A stretch of DNA of 49,149 nucleotides from an uncultured bacterium (GCA_965369705.1 CBDURF010000003.1:1-49149); one strand, 5' to 3'; positions 37,116 to 47,797 are shown, counted from the first letter of the stretch. Notes: generated from the letters alone by a model not told the origin. Made by a program: numbers and translations.

Positions 37116-38762
37116 ATGAAAAAGACGTTGATCACTCTGCTGACCCTGATTGCCGTGTTCGCCATGGCGACCGGCGCCTTTGCCGAGAAGGACACGGATG
37201 CCAAGCTCAAGGCCCTGGAGAAGCGTCTGCAGACGCTGGAATTCAAGTCCGCCAAGGACCGCATCCAGTGGACCGGCGATCTGAGGGTTGAAGCCCACAG
37301 CGTCACCGGTGAAGTGGATCCCTACATCGACGGTATGCGCATGCAGGCTCTCACCTACGGCGCCATGTTCTACACCGATCCCAATTTTGGTGCCGGAGCC
37401 CCGCTCACTTCGGTGGCTGACATCGAAAACCACATTGCCGCCAACTACGCGAACTTTCAGTTGTATTCCGGCATGAACCGCTTCCCTGAGATCAAGGACT
37501 GGGTCCAGCTCATGGCGGGCTCCAACCCCGCCATGATGGATCAGATGATGCAGATGTTCGCCGCTGATGCAGCACGTGGTGGTTTCAAGACCGACAACAG
37601 CATCCTGTACACCACCCGCCTGCGCCTGAACATGGCGGCCAAGGTTGCCAAAAACGTCGACTTCAGCGGCCGCCTGAGCATGTACAAACCCTGGGGCGCC
37701 TCCACCCAGACCGGCGTTTTCAACGGCCAGGCCAACACCCTGAACACTGATGCCAACTGGCCCGGTACCGCCGGTGACGCGACCTTGAAGGTCGACCGCG
37801 CCTACTTTACCTGGAAGGAGATTGGCGGAGCTCCCGTCTACCTGAGCCTGGGTCGTCGTCCGAGCACCGACGGTCCTCCCCTGCACTACCGAAACGATGA
37901 AGTGCGCGCGGGCACACCCATGGGCACCATCATCGACATGCAGTTCGACGGCGCCACCCTGGGTTACAACTTCGGTGACAAGACCACGGTCAGGGCGTGC
38001 TACGGTCTGGGCTACGAATCCCAGTACGGCAACGGCACCCTGAACAAGGAACTGGCCTTGAAGGACGCCCACTTCTTCGGGTTCAACATCGACGCCTGGA
38101 ACACGGAAGAGATGCAGATCCAGACCACGTTTGCCAGGGCCTTCGACATCACCGACGGATTCGCCGGCTACATCATCATGCCCAACGACCCGGTGACCGG
38201 CCAGCCCATGCCCGGTCCCATCGTGACCCGTTTCAGCCCTTCGACCAACCTGGGCGATTTTGACATCGCCAGCTTGTTGCTGGCACGTCGTGACGGTCCG
38301 TTCGACTGGTTCGTGACCGGCAGTTGGAGTAAGAGCCACCCTGAAGACGGTGTCAGCGGACCTTTCGGTGGTCTGCTGAGCGGGCCCTACGACAACCCCG
38401 AAAGCCAGACGGGCGACATGTACTACCTGGGCGCACGCTACAATTTCAACCAGGAAAAAACCAAGGTGGGCCTGGAGTGGAACAAGGGATCCGAGTACTG
38501 GTTCAACTTCGCTCCCAGCCAGGATGACATCATCGCGCCCAAGACCAGCACGCGGGGCACCGTGTGGGAGGGTTATGTCACTCACCGCGTGAGCCGTCGT
38601 TTCGTCATGAAGCTGGCCTACATCAATTACCAGTACGATTACACGGGATCCGGCTGGCACGTGGGCGCCCCCGCCGAACTGGGTGACACCCCCCAGATCC
38701 AGGGTTTCCCCACCTATTCCAAGGTCGGGAAAGTTTCCCTGGGCTTCAGCGCCAGGTTCTAG
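37116..38762 (+). CDS. DUF3373-like outer-membrane beta-barrel (putative porin)
   Basis: Signal peptide, short coiled coil, alternating beta-strands, VDRAYFTW and GRRPSTDGPP motifs, terminal Phe (SARF). Confidence 0.75.
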   Translation: MKKTLITLLTLIAVFAMATGAFAEKDTDAKLKALEKRLQTLEFKSAKDRIQWTGDLRVEAHSVTGEVDPYIDGMRMQALTYGAMFYTDPNFGAGAPLTSVADIENHIAANYANFQLYSGMNRFPEIKDWVQLMAGSNPAMMDQMMQMFAADAARGGFKTDNSILYTTRLRLNMAAKVAKNVDFSGRLSMYKPWGASTQTGVFNGQANTLNTDANWPGTAGDATLKVDRAYFTWKEIGGAPVYLSLGRRPSTDGPPLHYRNDEVRAGTPMGTIIDMQFDGATLGYNFGDKTTVRACYGLGYESQYGNGTLNKELALKDAHFFGFNIDAWNTEEMQIQTTFARAFDITDGFAGYIIMPNDPVTGQPMPGPIVTRFSPSTNLGDFDIASLLLARRDGPFDWFVTGSWSKSHPEDGVSGPFGGLLSGPYDNPESQTGDMYYLGARYNFNQEKTKVGLEWNKGSEYWFNFAPSQDDIIAPKTSTRGTVWEGYVTHRVSRRFVMKLAYINYQYDYTGSGWHVGAPAELGDTPQIQGFPTYSKVGKVSLGFSARF

Positions 38763-38774
38763 AAGGAGTTATGC

Positions 38775-40181
38775 ATGAAGATCGCAGCGACCATCACGAT
38801 GTCGCTGGTGATTGTTGCTCTGGCGGCCGGGGACTCCTCGGCCGCCAGGCGCACGTACTCTCACCAGGACGACTACTTCGAGCACTACGAAGGCACGGCC
38901 ACCTGCCTGGAGTGCCACGAGGATGAAGCCGAGTCCTTCTTCCACAGCCAGCATTACCAGTGGCAGGGACAATCCCCCAACATAGTCAACTCCGGTGGCG
39001 AAATGCTGGGCAAGATGAACACGATGAACGACTTCTGCACAAATCCGTTGGCCAACTGGATCGGCAACGCCGTGAACGTCGAGGGCAAGATCATCGCGCA
39101 GGGTTGTTCGAAATGCCACGCGGGTCTGGGCAAGATGCCTTCGCCCGAAATGAGCCGCGAGCAGCTCGAAAACATCGACTGTCTGATCTGCCACGCCTCG
39201 GGCTACCGCCGTGACCTGTACCAGGACGAGAACGGCGAATGGGAATGGCGCCCCATCCTCTGGAAAAACCAGGTGGGCCTGGATTCCGTTTCCAAACGCA
39301 TCACCATGCCCGAGCGCAAGATGTGCCTGCGTTGCCACAGCGGCGCCGGCGGCGGGCCCAACTTCAAGCGTGGCGACATCGAATACGAGCTGGCCGATTG
39401 CAGCCCCGATTTCGACGTCCACATGGCCACCGAGGGCAACGACATGCACTGCGTGGACTGCCACGCGGGCGACGACCACCGGGTCCGTGGACGCGGGTCG
39501 GATCTTTCGGGAACCGACAGTCCGGAGAACCCCCTCTTCTGCACCAGTTGCCATGACGAGAAACCCCACGGGCTCAAGGCCCTGGACCATCATACGGACC
39601 GGATCAACTGCACGGTCTGTCATATCACCGAGTTCGCCAAAAAGGACAAGACCGACATGCGGCGGGACTGGTCCACGCCCAAGCACCACGAGATCGAAAA
39701 CAAGTTTTCCGCCACCATCACCTTCGGCGAGAACGTCGTCCCGGTCTACGCGTGGTTCAACGGGAACACCCGGCTGATGAAGATGGGCGACAAAGTGGAA
39801 TTCGACGACGACGGAGCCGTGACCATCATGGCGCCCCAGGGCAGCCGGAAGGACAAGAAGGCCAAGATCCACGCCTTCAAGCTCCACGAAGGCATCCTCC
39901 CCATACTCAAGGAAAAGCAGTGGCTGATCCCCATCGCGGTGGACGAGTTCTTCATCGACGGGGACATCGAAAAGGGCGTCCGCGAGGGGGCGGCGGCGGC
40001 CTACGACATCCACGATCCCGATTACGAGTGGGTGAACACCAAGCGGTACATGGGCATCTTCCACGAGGTCCGGCCGGCCGCAAAGGCCCTGCAGTGCCTG
40101 GACTGCCACCGGGAAGGCGGCCGCATGGACTGGCCGGCCCTCGGCTACAAGAAGGACCCCCTGCTCGACGTCATGGACTGA
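38775..40181 (+). CDS. otr: Octaheme c-type cytochrome, tetrathionate reductase (OTR) family
   Basis: Eight CxxCH motifs (CLECH, CSKCH, CLICH, CLRCH, CVDCH, CTSCH, CTVCH, CLDCH); GK...NDFC; FDVHM; P.YAWFNG; long gap before heme 8. Confidence 0.88.
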   Translation: MKIAATITMSLVIVALAAGDSSAARRTYSHQDDYFEHYEGTATCLECHEDEAESFFHSQHYQWQGQSPNIVNSGGEMLGKMNTMNDFCTNPLANWIGNAVNVEGKIIAQGCSKCHAGLGKMPSPEMSREQLENIDCLICHASGYRRDLYQDENGEWEWRPILWKNQVGLDSVSKRITMPERKMCLRCHSGAGGGPNFKRGDIEYELADCSPDFDVHMATEGNDMHCVDCHAGDDHRVRGRGSDLSGTDSPENPLFCTSCHDEKPHGLKALDHHTDRINCTVCHITEFAKKDKTDMRRDWSTPKHHEIENKFSATITFGENVVPVYAWFNGNTRLMKMGDKVEFDDDGAVTIMAPQGSRKDKKAKIHAFKLHEGILPILKEKQWLIPIAVDEFFIDGDIEKGVREGAAAAYDIHDPDYEWVNTKRYMGIFHEVRPAAKALQCLDCHREGGRMDWPALGYKKDPLLDVMD

Positions 40182-40232
40182 GGATAAAGGGACCCACATA
40201 CGGTGCGGGAATCGATCCTGCACCGGAATGGC

Positions 40233-40265
40233 AAAACCGGGGAGGACCATCCTCCCCGGTTTTTT
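40233..40265. terminator. Bidirectional intrinsic terminator
   Basis: AAAACCGGGGAGGA-cca-TCCTCCCCGGTTTTTT between convergent genes; preceded by a second hairpin at 40201-40225. Confidence 0.85.
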
Positions 40266-40281
40266 AGAATAAGTACCCTGA

Positions 40282-43200
40282 TCAGGACGACCGGCGCCAC
40301 CACCCCACCAGAATGAATCCGATGAACCGCTTGACGGGCTCCAGCGTCGAATACATGACCGGCACCACCACGAGCGTCAGGAAGGTTGCCACGGTCAGGC
40401 CCCAGATCACCGCGACACCCATCGGCCCCCACCACTGGCTGGATTCCCCGCCGATGACCAGCGCCCGGCCGAAATTCCCGTGCAACAGCTCGTCGAAATC
40501 GACCGCCAGGCCGGTGGTCAGCGGAATAAGCCCCAGGATGGTGGTCACGGCGGTCAGAATCACCGGTCGGAACCGGGTCATGCCCGCCTGGATGATGGCC
40601 TCGGTCTTTTCCAGGCCGCGGGCCCGAAGCTTCTCGATGTAATCCAGCAGCACGATCGCGTTGTTCACCACGATCCCCGCCAGGGAAATGACTCCCACGC
40701 CTGTCATGATGATGCCGAAGGGCGTACGGGTGATCATCAGACCGGCGAAGACCCCGATGAGGGACAGGATCACGCTGAACAGGATGACCACCGGCACCGT
40801 GACGGAACTGAACTGGCTGACCAGCACCACGAAGATGAGCATGAGGGCGATCATGAAGGCGTTGCCGAGAAACTCGGAGGCCTCCTCCTGGTCCTCGCTT
40901 TCGCCCGTGTAGTCCAGGGAGTAGGCCGGGGGCAGCTGGTAGTCGGCGAGGGCTTCCTGGACCTGGGCCAGCAGGACGTTCCCGTTGAAGCCGGCGGCCG
41001 CCTCGGCGCTGACCGTCACGACACGGCGGGCGTCGATCCGGTGAATGGCCGACAGGCCGGTGCCGAACTCGATGCGGGCGAAGGCCGAAATGGGAATGGT
41101 CCGGCCCTCGTAGAATACCGTGGCATTCTCAACGTCCTCGACTTTACCCCGGAAGGGCTGCAGATACCGCACGATGATGTCGTACTCGTCTTCACCCACC
41201 CGATACTTTGCTGTTTCGGTCCCGTGCAGCGCCGTGCGGATGGTGCCCGCGATGTCGAACGTCCGCAAGCCGTAGCGTCCCGCCTTTTCCACATCGGGTA
41301 TGACCCGCAGTTCGGGCAGGGATCGATCATAGTTGTCCGTGATGTCCACCAGGCCGGGAATGCTGCGGATGCGGTCCTTGACGTCGGCCGCGATCCCGCC
41401 CAGCACGTTGAAATCATCCCCGGAAATTTCGATGTTGATCGGCGCCCCGGTGGGCGGCCCCTCTTCCATCTTCTGGACCGTGAGCCGGGCCCCAGTGAAA
41501 TCGGCCAGCCGTTCCCGCAATTCTTCCAAAGATGTCTGCGACGACTGACTTCGTTCGATCATGTCCACGAATTCGAGGGTCACCGAGCCCTGGTGCGACG
41601 GCAGGGAACCGCCGGCGCCCTGCTGATCGATGGGCGTTCCCACCGAGGTGGAATAGGCCTTCAGGTCGGGAACCTTCGCCACCTGTTCCTCCACTATCTT
41701 CGCGTAGTGGTCGGTCATTTCGATGCGGGTTCCGCTGGGCGCATCGATGTTCACGTTGGCGTACTTGGGCTCGGTGTCTGGAAAGAGCTCAACGCCCGCG
41801 TTGAATTTTCCGAACAGGATCAATACTACGAGCAATACCAGGTTCATACCCAGTATGACGGGAAAGCGGTGGGCCAAAGCATACGTGAGCACCGGCCGGT
41901 AAAAACGCTGCCCCCGGGCGATCAACTTGTCCCCGAGAAGCTTGTCCTCGCCCTCGGCGCGGGGCACACCCATGAACCGGGAGCACAGGACCGGGTTGAA
42001 GATCATCGCCACCAGCAGCGACGACGATAGCGTGATCACCACCGTGATGGGCAGGTACTTCATGAACTCGCCCATGATGCCGGGCCAGAAGACCATGGGC
42101 CCGAAGGCGCAGATGGTGGTCAGCGTCGAGGCGATGACGGCCCCCGCCACCTGGGCCGTACCGGTCCTGGCCGCCTCCTCCGAGGTCTGACCCTGGCCCC
42201 GGTGTCGATAGATGTTCTCAACGATCACGATGGCGTTGTCCACCAGCATGCCCAGGGCCAGAATGAGACTGAACAGAACCACCATGTTCAGGGTGATGCC
42301 CAGGGCGGCCAAAACTATGAAACTGATCAGCATGGAGAACGGGATGGCGATACCCACGAACAGGGCGTTGCGGATCCCGAAGAAAGCCAGCAAAACGATC
42401 ACCACCAGGGTCAGACCGCTGAGGATGTTGTTTTCCAGTTCGGCTACCATCCTTCTGATCTCCACCGACTGGTCCGCGACGATACTGACCTCCGTTCCGG
42501 CCGGGAAGGTGGGCTTGAGCCTTTCGACCGTCGCCAGGACCTCCTCGGAAATCTCGATGATGTTTTCCCCGCTGCGCTTCTTGACCACCAGGGTCACGGC
42601 ATCGCGACCTCCCACGCGGCTGATCGTTTCACGGTCCTTGACCCCGAACCTGACCGTGGCCACGTCGCGCACGTAGACCGGCGGATCGATACCCGGGTTG
42701 ACGACGAAGTCCAGGATCTCCTCCACGTTCTTGACTTCGCCGGGCACGCGGACCTGGTAGTCGTAGACGCCGAGAGAAAGCTTGCCACCGGGGATGGTCA
42801 TGTTCTGAAGGGCCACAGCGTCCTGGACATCCAGCAGCGCCAGGTCGTAAAAAGCCAGCTTTTCCGGATCCACATCGACCTGGACCTCGTTTTCGATTCC
42901 GCCCACCAGATCGACCCCGAGGACCCCCTTGATCTGCTCCAGTTCCTCTTGAAGATCCTCGCCGGTCTTCTTGAGCAGGAACAGGTCGATGTCACCGGCC
43001 AGGTTGATCTGCATGACCGGAAAAACGTCGGCGGCGCTGACTTCCTGAACCAGAAGGTCGTTGCGGGGATCGGTGGGAAGATCGGGTTTGGCCAGCTCCA
43101 CCCGGTCGCGCACCGACTGCAGGGCGTCGCTCATGTCCACCTTGGATTCGAACTCCATGGTGATGACCGACATTCCGTAGGATGAGGAACTGGTCATCTC

Positions 43201-43434
43201 CTTGAGATCCTCCACGCCCTTGAGCTGCTGTTCCAGCTTCCGCGTGACCAGATTCTCCATGTCCTCGGGACTGGTGCCGGCATAGGGCGCCATGACCATG
43301 ACGAAGGGGATCTTGACGTCGGGTGAGGATTCACGCGGCAAGTCCAGGTATGATCGCAACCCCAGCAGGGCGATGATGAACATAAAGGCGAAAATCATGG
43401 GATACCGGCGGATTGCGCCGTTGGTGATCCTCAT
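40282..43434 (-). CDS. RND efflux permease (AcrB/AcrD/AcrF family)
   Basis: 1050 aa, GMLVDNAIVIVENI, GIVVNNAIV, RFRPV.LT. Confidence 0.96.
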   Translation of the reverse strand: MRITNGAIRRYPMIFAFMFIIALLGLRSYLDLPRESSPDVKIPFVMVMAPYAGTSPEDMENLVTRKLEQQLKGVEDLKEMTSSSSYGMSVITMEFESKVDMSDALQSVRDRVELAKPDLPTDPRNDLLVQEVSAADVFPVMQINLAGDIDLFLLKKTGEDLQEELEQIKGVLGVDLVGGIENEVQVDVDPEKLAFYDLALLDVQDAVALQNMTIPGGKLSLGVYDYQVRVPGEVKNVEEILDFVVNPGIDPPVYVRDVATVRFGVKDRETISRVGGRDAVTLVVKKRSGENIIEISEEVLATVERLKPTFPAGTEVSIVADQSVEIRRMVAELENNILSGLTLVVIVLLAFFGIRNALFVGIAIPFSMLISFIVLAALGITLNMVVLFSLILALGMLVDNAIVIVENIYRHRGQGQTSEEAARTGTAQVAGAVIASTLTTICAFGPMVFWPGIMGEFMKYLPITVVITLSSSLLVAMIFNPVLCSRFMGVPRAEGEDKLLGDKLIARGQRFYRPVLTYALAHRFPVILGMNLVLLVVLILFGKFNAGVELFPDTEPKYANVNIDAPSGTRIEMTDHYAKIVEEQVAKVPDLKAYSTSVGTPIDQQGAGGSLPSHQGSVTLEFVDMIERSQSSQTSLEELRERLADFTGARLTVQKMEEGPPTGAPINIEISGDDFNVLGGIAADVKDRIRSIPGLVDITDNYDRSLPELRVIPDVEKAGRYGLRTFDIAGTIRTALHGTETAKYRVGEDEYDIIVRYLQPFRGKVEDVENATVFYEGRTIPISAFARIEFGTGLSAIHRIDARRVVTVSAEAAAGFNGNVLLAQVQEALADYQLPPAYSLDYTGESEDQEEASEFLGNAFMIALMLIFVVLVSQFSSVTVPVVILFSVILSLIGVFAGLMITRTPFGIIMTGVGVISLAGIVVNNAIVLLDYIEKLRARGLEKTEAIIQAGMTRFRPVILTAVTTILGLIPLTTGLAVDFDELLHGNFGRALVIGGESSQWWGPMGVAVIWGLTVATFLTLVVVPVMYSTLEPVKRFIGFILVGWWRRSS

Positions 43435-44615
43435 CGCGCGGCCTCCACGCTGCCGTCGGACAGAGAACCACCTTCGGCGGTCTCACCGTCCTGGATCCTG
43501 GCTCCGGCCCGGGCGCCGGCCACGCTGGGGGGATCATCGGGCGTGGTGCCGTCCGAGGCGGTGGCGAATTCGGTCACCCGGACCAGGCTGCCGTCACGCA
43601 GATCCCGGTGCCCCCTGACCACCAGCTGTTCGCCAGGCTCCAGTCCCCTGCGCACGACCACCATGAGTCCCTGGTCCGCGCCCAATTCCAGGCGTCGCTG
43701 GACCGCGCGGTCGTTCTCAACCACGAAGGCCGTGGGTCCGATCCTGCCCGGCAGGACCGCGTCACGTGGAATGGCCACCACATGGGAAACCAGGTTCTTG
43801 CTGAGGCGAGCCCGCCCGATCACGCCGCTGTGATACTTCAGGTCGGGATTGGGAATCTCGATTTCGACCTTGAACTTCCCCGTCAACCGGTCGGCTTCGA
43901 AACCGACCCAGGAAACCGCGCCCAGGGCCGTTGCCCGGGTTTCTCCCATCTGGATCGTGGCGCTTTCCCCCACGTTGACCCACTGGACCTGGGTGTCCGT
44001 CAGGTAGGCCTCGAGCTTCAGGATGTAGGGGTCGAGGATGCGGGCCACGCGCTGCCCCGGATTGACCAGTTGACCGAGTTCCACGTATCTGTCGACCACC
44101 ACACCGTCGAAGGGCGCCCGGATGGCGGCCCGGGCATACCGTTTCTGCAGAACCCCGGCCAGGGACTTCGCCTGGGCATGGCTGCTTTCCGCGGTCAACA
44201 GTTCGATCCGGCTCACCTTACCAGCCTCGTGCAGTTGGCGAACCTTGTCCACGTTGTAGGACTGCATGGCCAAGGCGGCCTGCGCGGCCGCCAATTCGGC
44301 CTTGAGGATGTCACGCTCCAGTTCCAGGATGATCTTCCCCTTGGCCACGGCCTCGCCCTTGCCAAGGGGAATGGCGACCACGGGACCGCTTTCCTGGGCG
44401 CTGAGATCTGTCCCGCGCACGGGCGCGACCGGCCCGGAGATCTCGAAGAATTCCGCGACTGATTCCTCCGCCAGAGTCAGGACCCGGACATTGCGGGGGA
44501 CTTCCGCGATCGAATCGGATTGGGACTGCTCGCCGCAACCCGCTACGAACACAATGGCGGCGACCATGCCGACCAGGATCCATCGACTGAATATCTTCAT
44601 CGCCTCGTGCTTCAT
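43431..44615 (-). CDS. RND periplasmic adaptor (MFP), lipoprotein
   Basis: VAGC lipobox, IRAPFDGVV, G.LV.PG, GL.PGE.LVV.G. Confidence 0.93.
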   Translation of the reverse strand: MKHEAMKIFSRWILVGMVAAIVFVAGCGEQSQSDSIAEVPRNVRVLTLAEESVAEFFEISGPVAPVRGTDLSAQESGPVVAIPLGKGEAVAKGKIILELERDILKAELAAAQAALAMQSYNVDKVRQLHEAGKVSRIELLTAESSHAQAKSLAGVLQKRYARAAIRAPFDGVVVDRYVELGQLVNPGQRVARILDPYILKLEAYLTDTQVQWVNVGESATIQMGETRATALGAVSWVGFEADRLTGKFKVEIEIPNPDLKYHSGVIGRARLSKNLVSHVVAIPRDAVLPGRIGPTAFVVENDRAVQRRLELGADQGLMVVVRRGLEPGEQLVVRGHRDLRDGSLVRVTEFATASDGTTPDDPPSVAGARAGARIQDGETAEGGSLSDGSVEAAR

Positions 44616-46147
44616 CGGGAAACCTCCGCAACCAGACCAGGAATGCTGTTCAAGGGTACCAGGGGACTGAAGCCGACCGCCCTTTTCAGGGAAGACGTCA
44701 ACACCAGGACTTCGTAGCGCGCATCGATGACGTTGCTCCGCGCCTCGGCCCGGTTGGCTTCGGAAACCAAGACATCCAGGTAATTGACCTTGCCCATCTG
44801 CAACATCAGGAGACTCTCCTCAAGGACGTCTTCACTGCGTTCCTGATTGAGGATCACCGCCTCGAGCACCTGACGCGCCATGCGGAGGTTGGCCAGAATC
44901 TCCATGACTTCCACCTGGACTTCACGACGCCGGCCCGTCAGTTCGGCCTCCGAGCGCCGGATGCGGCCTTCGGTTTCGGCGACCTTGCCTCGGACCAGCA
45001 TGCCGTCGAAAATGGGAATATTCAACGCGACGGACGCTCGCCAGGAATCGTGCCCCTCGTCGAAAACCGTGTCGAATGTCTTGCCCACGTAGCCATAGGA
45101 ACCGTACATGGTCAGGTAGGGGCGGTTGTCGGCGACCTGGGCCTGCCGATTTTTCTGCAGGATGTCGATGAACAGGGCGGTCGCTTCCAGTTCCGGCCGG
45201 ATCTGCGCCAATTCCAGGGCGCGGGGCTCGTCCAGGAAATCTTTTTCCACGACCTGTTCATTGGCGACCCGCAGGGGGGTCTCCGGACGTCGGCCCATAA
45301 TGGCATTCAACCGGCTGCCCTCGTTCCGCAGGTTGGCTCGGGCAATACTCAACTGTGGCCGGATGTTCGCCAGGGTCACCGCTGCCTGAAGGGTGTCCAG
45401 ACGTGTGGCCATGCCCAGTTCGTAACGCATTTTCATGATTTCGAGAAGTTCGGCCTGGTTGGTCAGCTCGGCCTTGACGGCCTGGATCTTCTCGGCCGCC
45501 CGGATGATGCTGTAGTAGGCGCCCACTGTGCTTTCCGCGGTGGTATGCTCCACCGCGACGACGGACAGCACCTGCTGGTCTATGCCCAGCCGGGCCGCCC
45601 CCGTGGCGCCCATGATCTGGATGGGGTTGATCTTCCAGTTCAAATCCAGGCTGCCTCTGATAAATGTCTGGGCAGGAATTTCGTCAACAGCGGGAATGAA
45701 CGACCCGAAGCCTCCAAGCCAATCCTGGAACCATTCCGGACTGCCCGGCGGAGGGGCCATACCGCTCCCGTCGCCACCCCCGAAAATGGAATCGAGAGCG
45801 AAACTGGGGTCCCGGCCGCGGGACCAGTCCCCGATGAGATCAAGTGTCGGCAATCCTGTCGACAGGGCCTGTTTCATCTGGCCGTGGAGTTCATCCTCGC
45901 GCAAACGCTCGGCCTGCAACCGGTCGTTGGTCTTCAGCGCCTCCTCGACACAACCGAAGATGTCCAGAACGTTGCTGGCGCCGGGCCTGGCGTCGATCAC
46001 CGGCCCGAGCGGTTCGGCGCGGGTGAAATTCGGAGTGGGATCGTCCAGGTCGGGATCCTGGGCCAGGCTTGGTCCGAGCGGCAAAAGACCGACCAGGAGA
46101 AGGGTCAGGGCCAGGCCGCAGGTACGGAAAAGAAGGGACCTCATCAT
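44612..46147 (-). CDS. TolC family outer membrane factor
   Basis: Signal peptide, LPTLDL, RYELG.ATRLD.LQA, LNIPIFDG, G.VNYLDVL; start trimmed to MMRSLL. Confidence 0.92.
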   Translation of the reverse strand: MMRSLLFRTCGLALTLLLVGLLPLGPSLAQDPDLDDPTPNFTRAEPLGPVIDARPGASNVLDIFGCVEEALKTNDRLQAERLREDELHGQMKQALSTGLPTLDLIGDWSRGRDPSFALDSIFGGGDGSGMAPPPGSPEWFQDWLGGFGSFIPAVDEIPAQTFIRGSLDLNWKINPIQIMGATGAARLGIDQQVLSVVAVEHTTAESTVGAYYSIIRAAEKIQAVKAELTNQAELLEIMKMRYELGMATRLDTLQAAVTLANIRPQLSIARANLRNEGSRLNAIMGRRPETPLRVANEQVVEKDFLDEPRALELAQIRPELEATALFIDILQKNRQAQVADNRPYLTMYGSYGYVGKTFDTVFDEGHDSWRASVALNIPIFDGMLVRGKVAETEGRIRRSEAELTGRRREVQVEVMEILANLRMARQVLEAVILNQERSEDVLEESLLMLQMGKVNYLDVLVSEANRAEARSNVIDARYEVLVLTSSLKRAVGFSPLVPLNSIPGLVAEVSR

Positions 46148-46148
46148 G

Positions 46149-46784
46149 TCACTTCGCATCCTTTTTTGGCTGGAGGGGAATGTCGCAGAGTGAACCGAGA
46201 CTGGCGAGATCCTCATCGGTGCGCGGGGACCGGGCCACCGCGTCCGACAGGATGGCGATTCCAACCTCATCGAGCAGGTGCAGCAAGTCTTCCCACTTTA
46301 TCTCGGGAGGAAGTCCACTGCAGATCTGGGTGGCCAGCCCATGGGTGAACAGGGCCACCTTGCGCAACAGGATGATCCTCTCCACCGGCTTCAACTGCTC
46401 CAGATCCGGCAGCACCGCCATGCGCTCCAGGAGTTCCTGCATGACCCCGGGTCCGGCTTCGCAATCGTCATTGGCCTGGTGGAACAAGGCGCTGTACAGA
46501 AGGGGGTGCCGGCGGGCAAACTCCAGGACCCCCACTCCCATATTCAGGAAGGCGTTGTCGGTGTGCTTCTCCAGGGTCAGATCAAGCAGAAGAGCGACCG
46601 CGGCCTTCTTGACCGCCATCATGAGATCGTCCATGTTCGCGAAATTGCTGTAGACCGGAGCGGTACTGGCGCCCATCTCCTCGGCAACTCGTCGGGCGCT
46701 CAGGTTTTCCACCCCGTCCTTGTCCATCACCGCGAGACCGGCTTTGATCACATCCTTACTGGTGAAAACCGTTTTGCGAACCAT
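46149..46784 (-). CDS. TetR/AcrR family regulator
   Basis: LSARRVAEEMGASTAPVYSNF HTH; heads the efflux operon. Confidence 0.92.
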   Translation of the reverse strand: MVRKTVFTSKDVIKAGLAVMDKDGVENLSARRVAEEMGASTAPVYSNFANMDDLMMAVKKAAVALLLDLTLEKHTDNAFLNMGVGVLEFARRHPLLYSALFHQANDDCEAGPGVMQELLERMAVLPDLEQLKPVERIILLRKVALFTHGLATQICSGLPPEIKWEDLLHLLDEVGIAILSDAVARSPRTDEDLASLGSLCDIPLQPKKDAK

Positions 46785-46824
46785 TTCATGCCTTTCGTGG
46801 ATTCAATAATTCCGAGCATGTATT

Positions 46825-46846
46825 ACGTGTGTTATATAACGCATGT
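46825..46846. promoter_or_regulatory. Putative TetR operator
   Basis: Imperfect palindrome ACGTGTGTTAT|ATAACGCATGT about 40 bp upstream of tetR. Confidence 0.6.
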
Positions 46847-46927
46847 TGCAAAAAAACCCAAGTTTATTGTCAAATTGTAATTTCAATGCATTTAACAGGT
46901 TACAGAGGAAGATCGAAATTTTCCGAA

Positions 46928-47797
46928 TCACAACACCAAAAGGACTCCCAACAAGGTCAGAGCAGCGGCCAGACCCTTGCGGCGTGTGAAAGGCTCTTTC
47001 AGAAATATCGAGGCGAAAATCAGGGTATAAATGGTGCTGGTCTGGTTGAGGATTCCGGCGTTGGCCGCAGTCGTGTATTTCATTCCCCCGATCCACAGGA
47101 TCAGGGCCAGGTACGAACCAAGGAAGGCCCCCGGCAGTGAATATTTCCAGGTGGCATGGGGCCGGAAAATGGCAAAACGCCGTGCGCGGCCGGGCCACAG
47201 CAGGGCGACCGGAGCCAGTATCGCCAACGATCCCAATTGCCGGACCGTGGTGGCCCACAGGATATCCGATCGTTCGAGAACAGGCTTGGCCAGGATGATC
47301 CCGAAACCCAACGTGGCCATGGATCCGACCCCCAGCAACAGACCGATGATCAGATTGCGACGGGTAACACCTTCCGGAGGCCCGCTGACCGAAACAACAA
47401 TGACCCCGCCGATGATCAGGACCATTCCCAGAAATTGTTCCCAAACCAGGTGTTCACCCAGCATTAGGACGGCGAACAGGATGATGAAAGGTGAATACAG
47501 GGTGCTGATGAGAGCATTGAGGCCGGCCCCCACGCGGTTCAGACACATGTGGAACAAGGTGTCGCTGGCGGCTATGGCAATGACTCCGCTGGCGACGAGA
47601 ATCAGGTAGTCCCCGAGCGGAGCGCGACCCAGGAGGGGTTGTCGCATTACCACCATGGTCAGCGCGAACAGCAGGCTGGACACGGCGACCCGGAACAGGT
47701 TCAAGGAAAACGGGGATACTGTTTCACCGGATTTACGAAAAAAAATGACGGCAAAGGCCCAGACCAAGGCACAGGCCAAGGCGAAGATTTCTCCCAT
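46928..47797 (-). CDS. DMT/EamA family transporter
   Basis: About 10 TM segments in two repeats; LGE and FLKE motifs. Confidence 0.9.
   Translation of the reverse strand: MGEIFALACALVWAFAVIFFRKSGETVSPFSLNLFRVAVSSLLFALTMVVMRQPLLGRAPLGDYLILVASGVIAIAASDTLFHMCLNRVGAGLNALISTLYSPFIILFAVLMLGEHLVWEQFLGMVLIIGGVIVVSVSGPPEGVTRRNLIIGLLLGVGSMATLGFGIILAKPVLERSDILWATTVRQLGSLAILAPVALLWPGRARRFAIFRPHATWKYSLPGAFLGSYLALILWIGGMKYTTAANAGILNQTSTIYTLIFASIFLKEPFTRRKGLAAALTLLGVLLVL

Noticed and set aside
40282-43434. DN/NN instead of DD/K proton-relay motifs in the RND pump
   Set aside because: VDNAIV/VNNAIV variants are common in this RND subgroup
602-46348. Many long antisense or alternate-frame ORFs (e.g. 602-2167+, 9898-11571+, 37041-38660-, 40480-42030+)
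   Set aside because: Shadow ORFs expected from high GC3 codon bias opposite well-supported genes; no recognisable motifs
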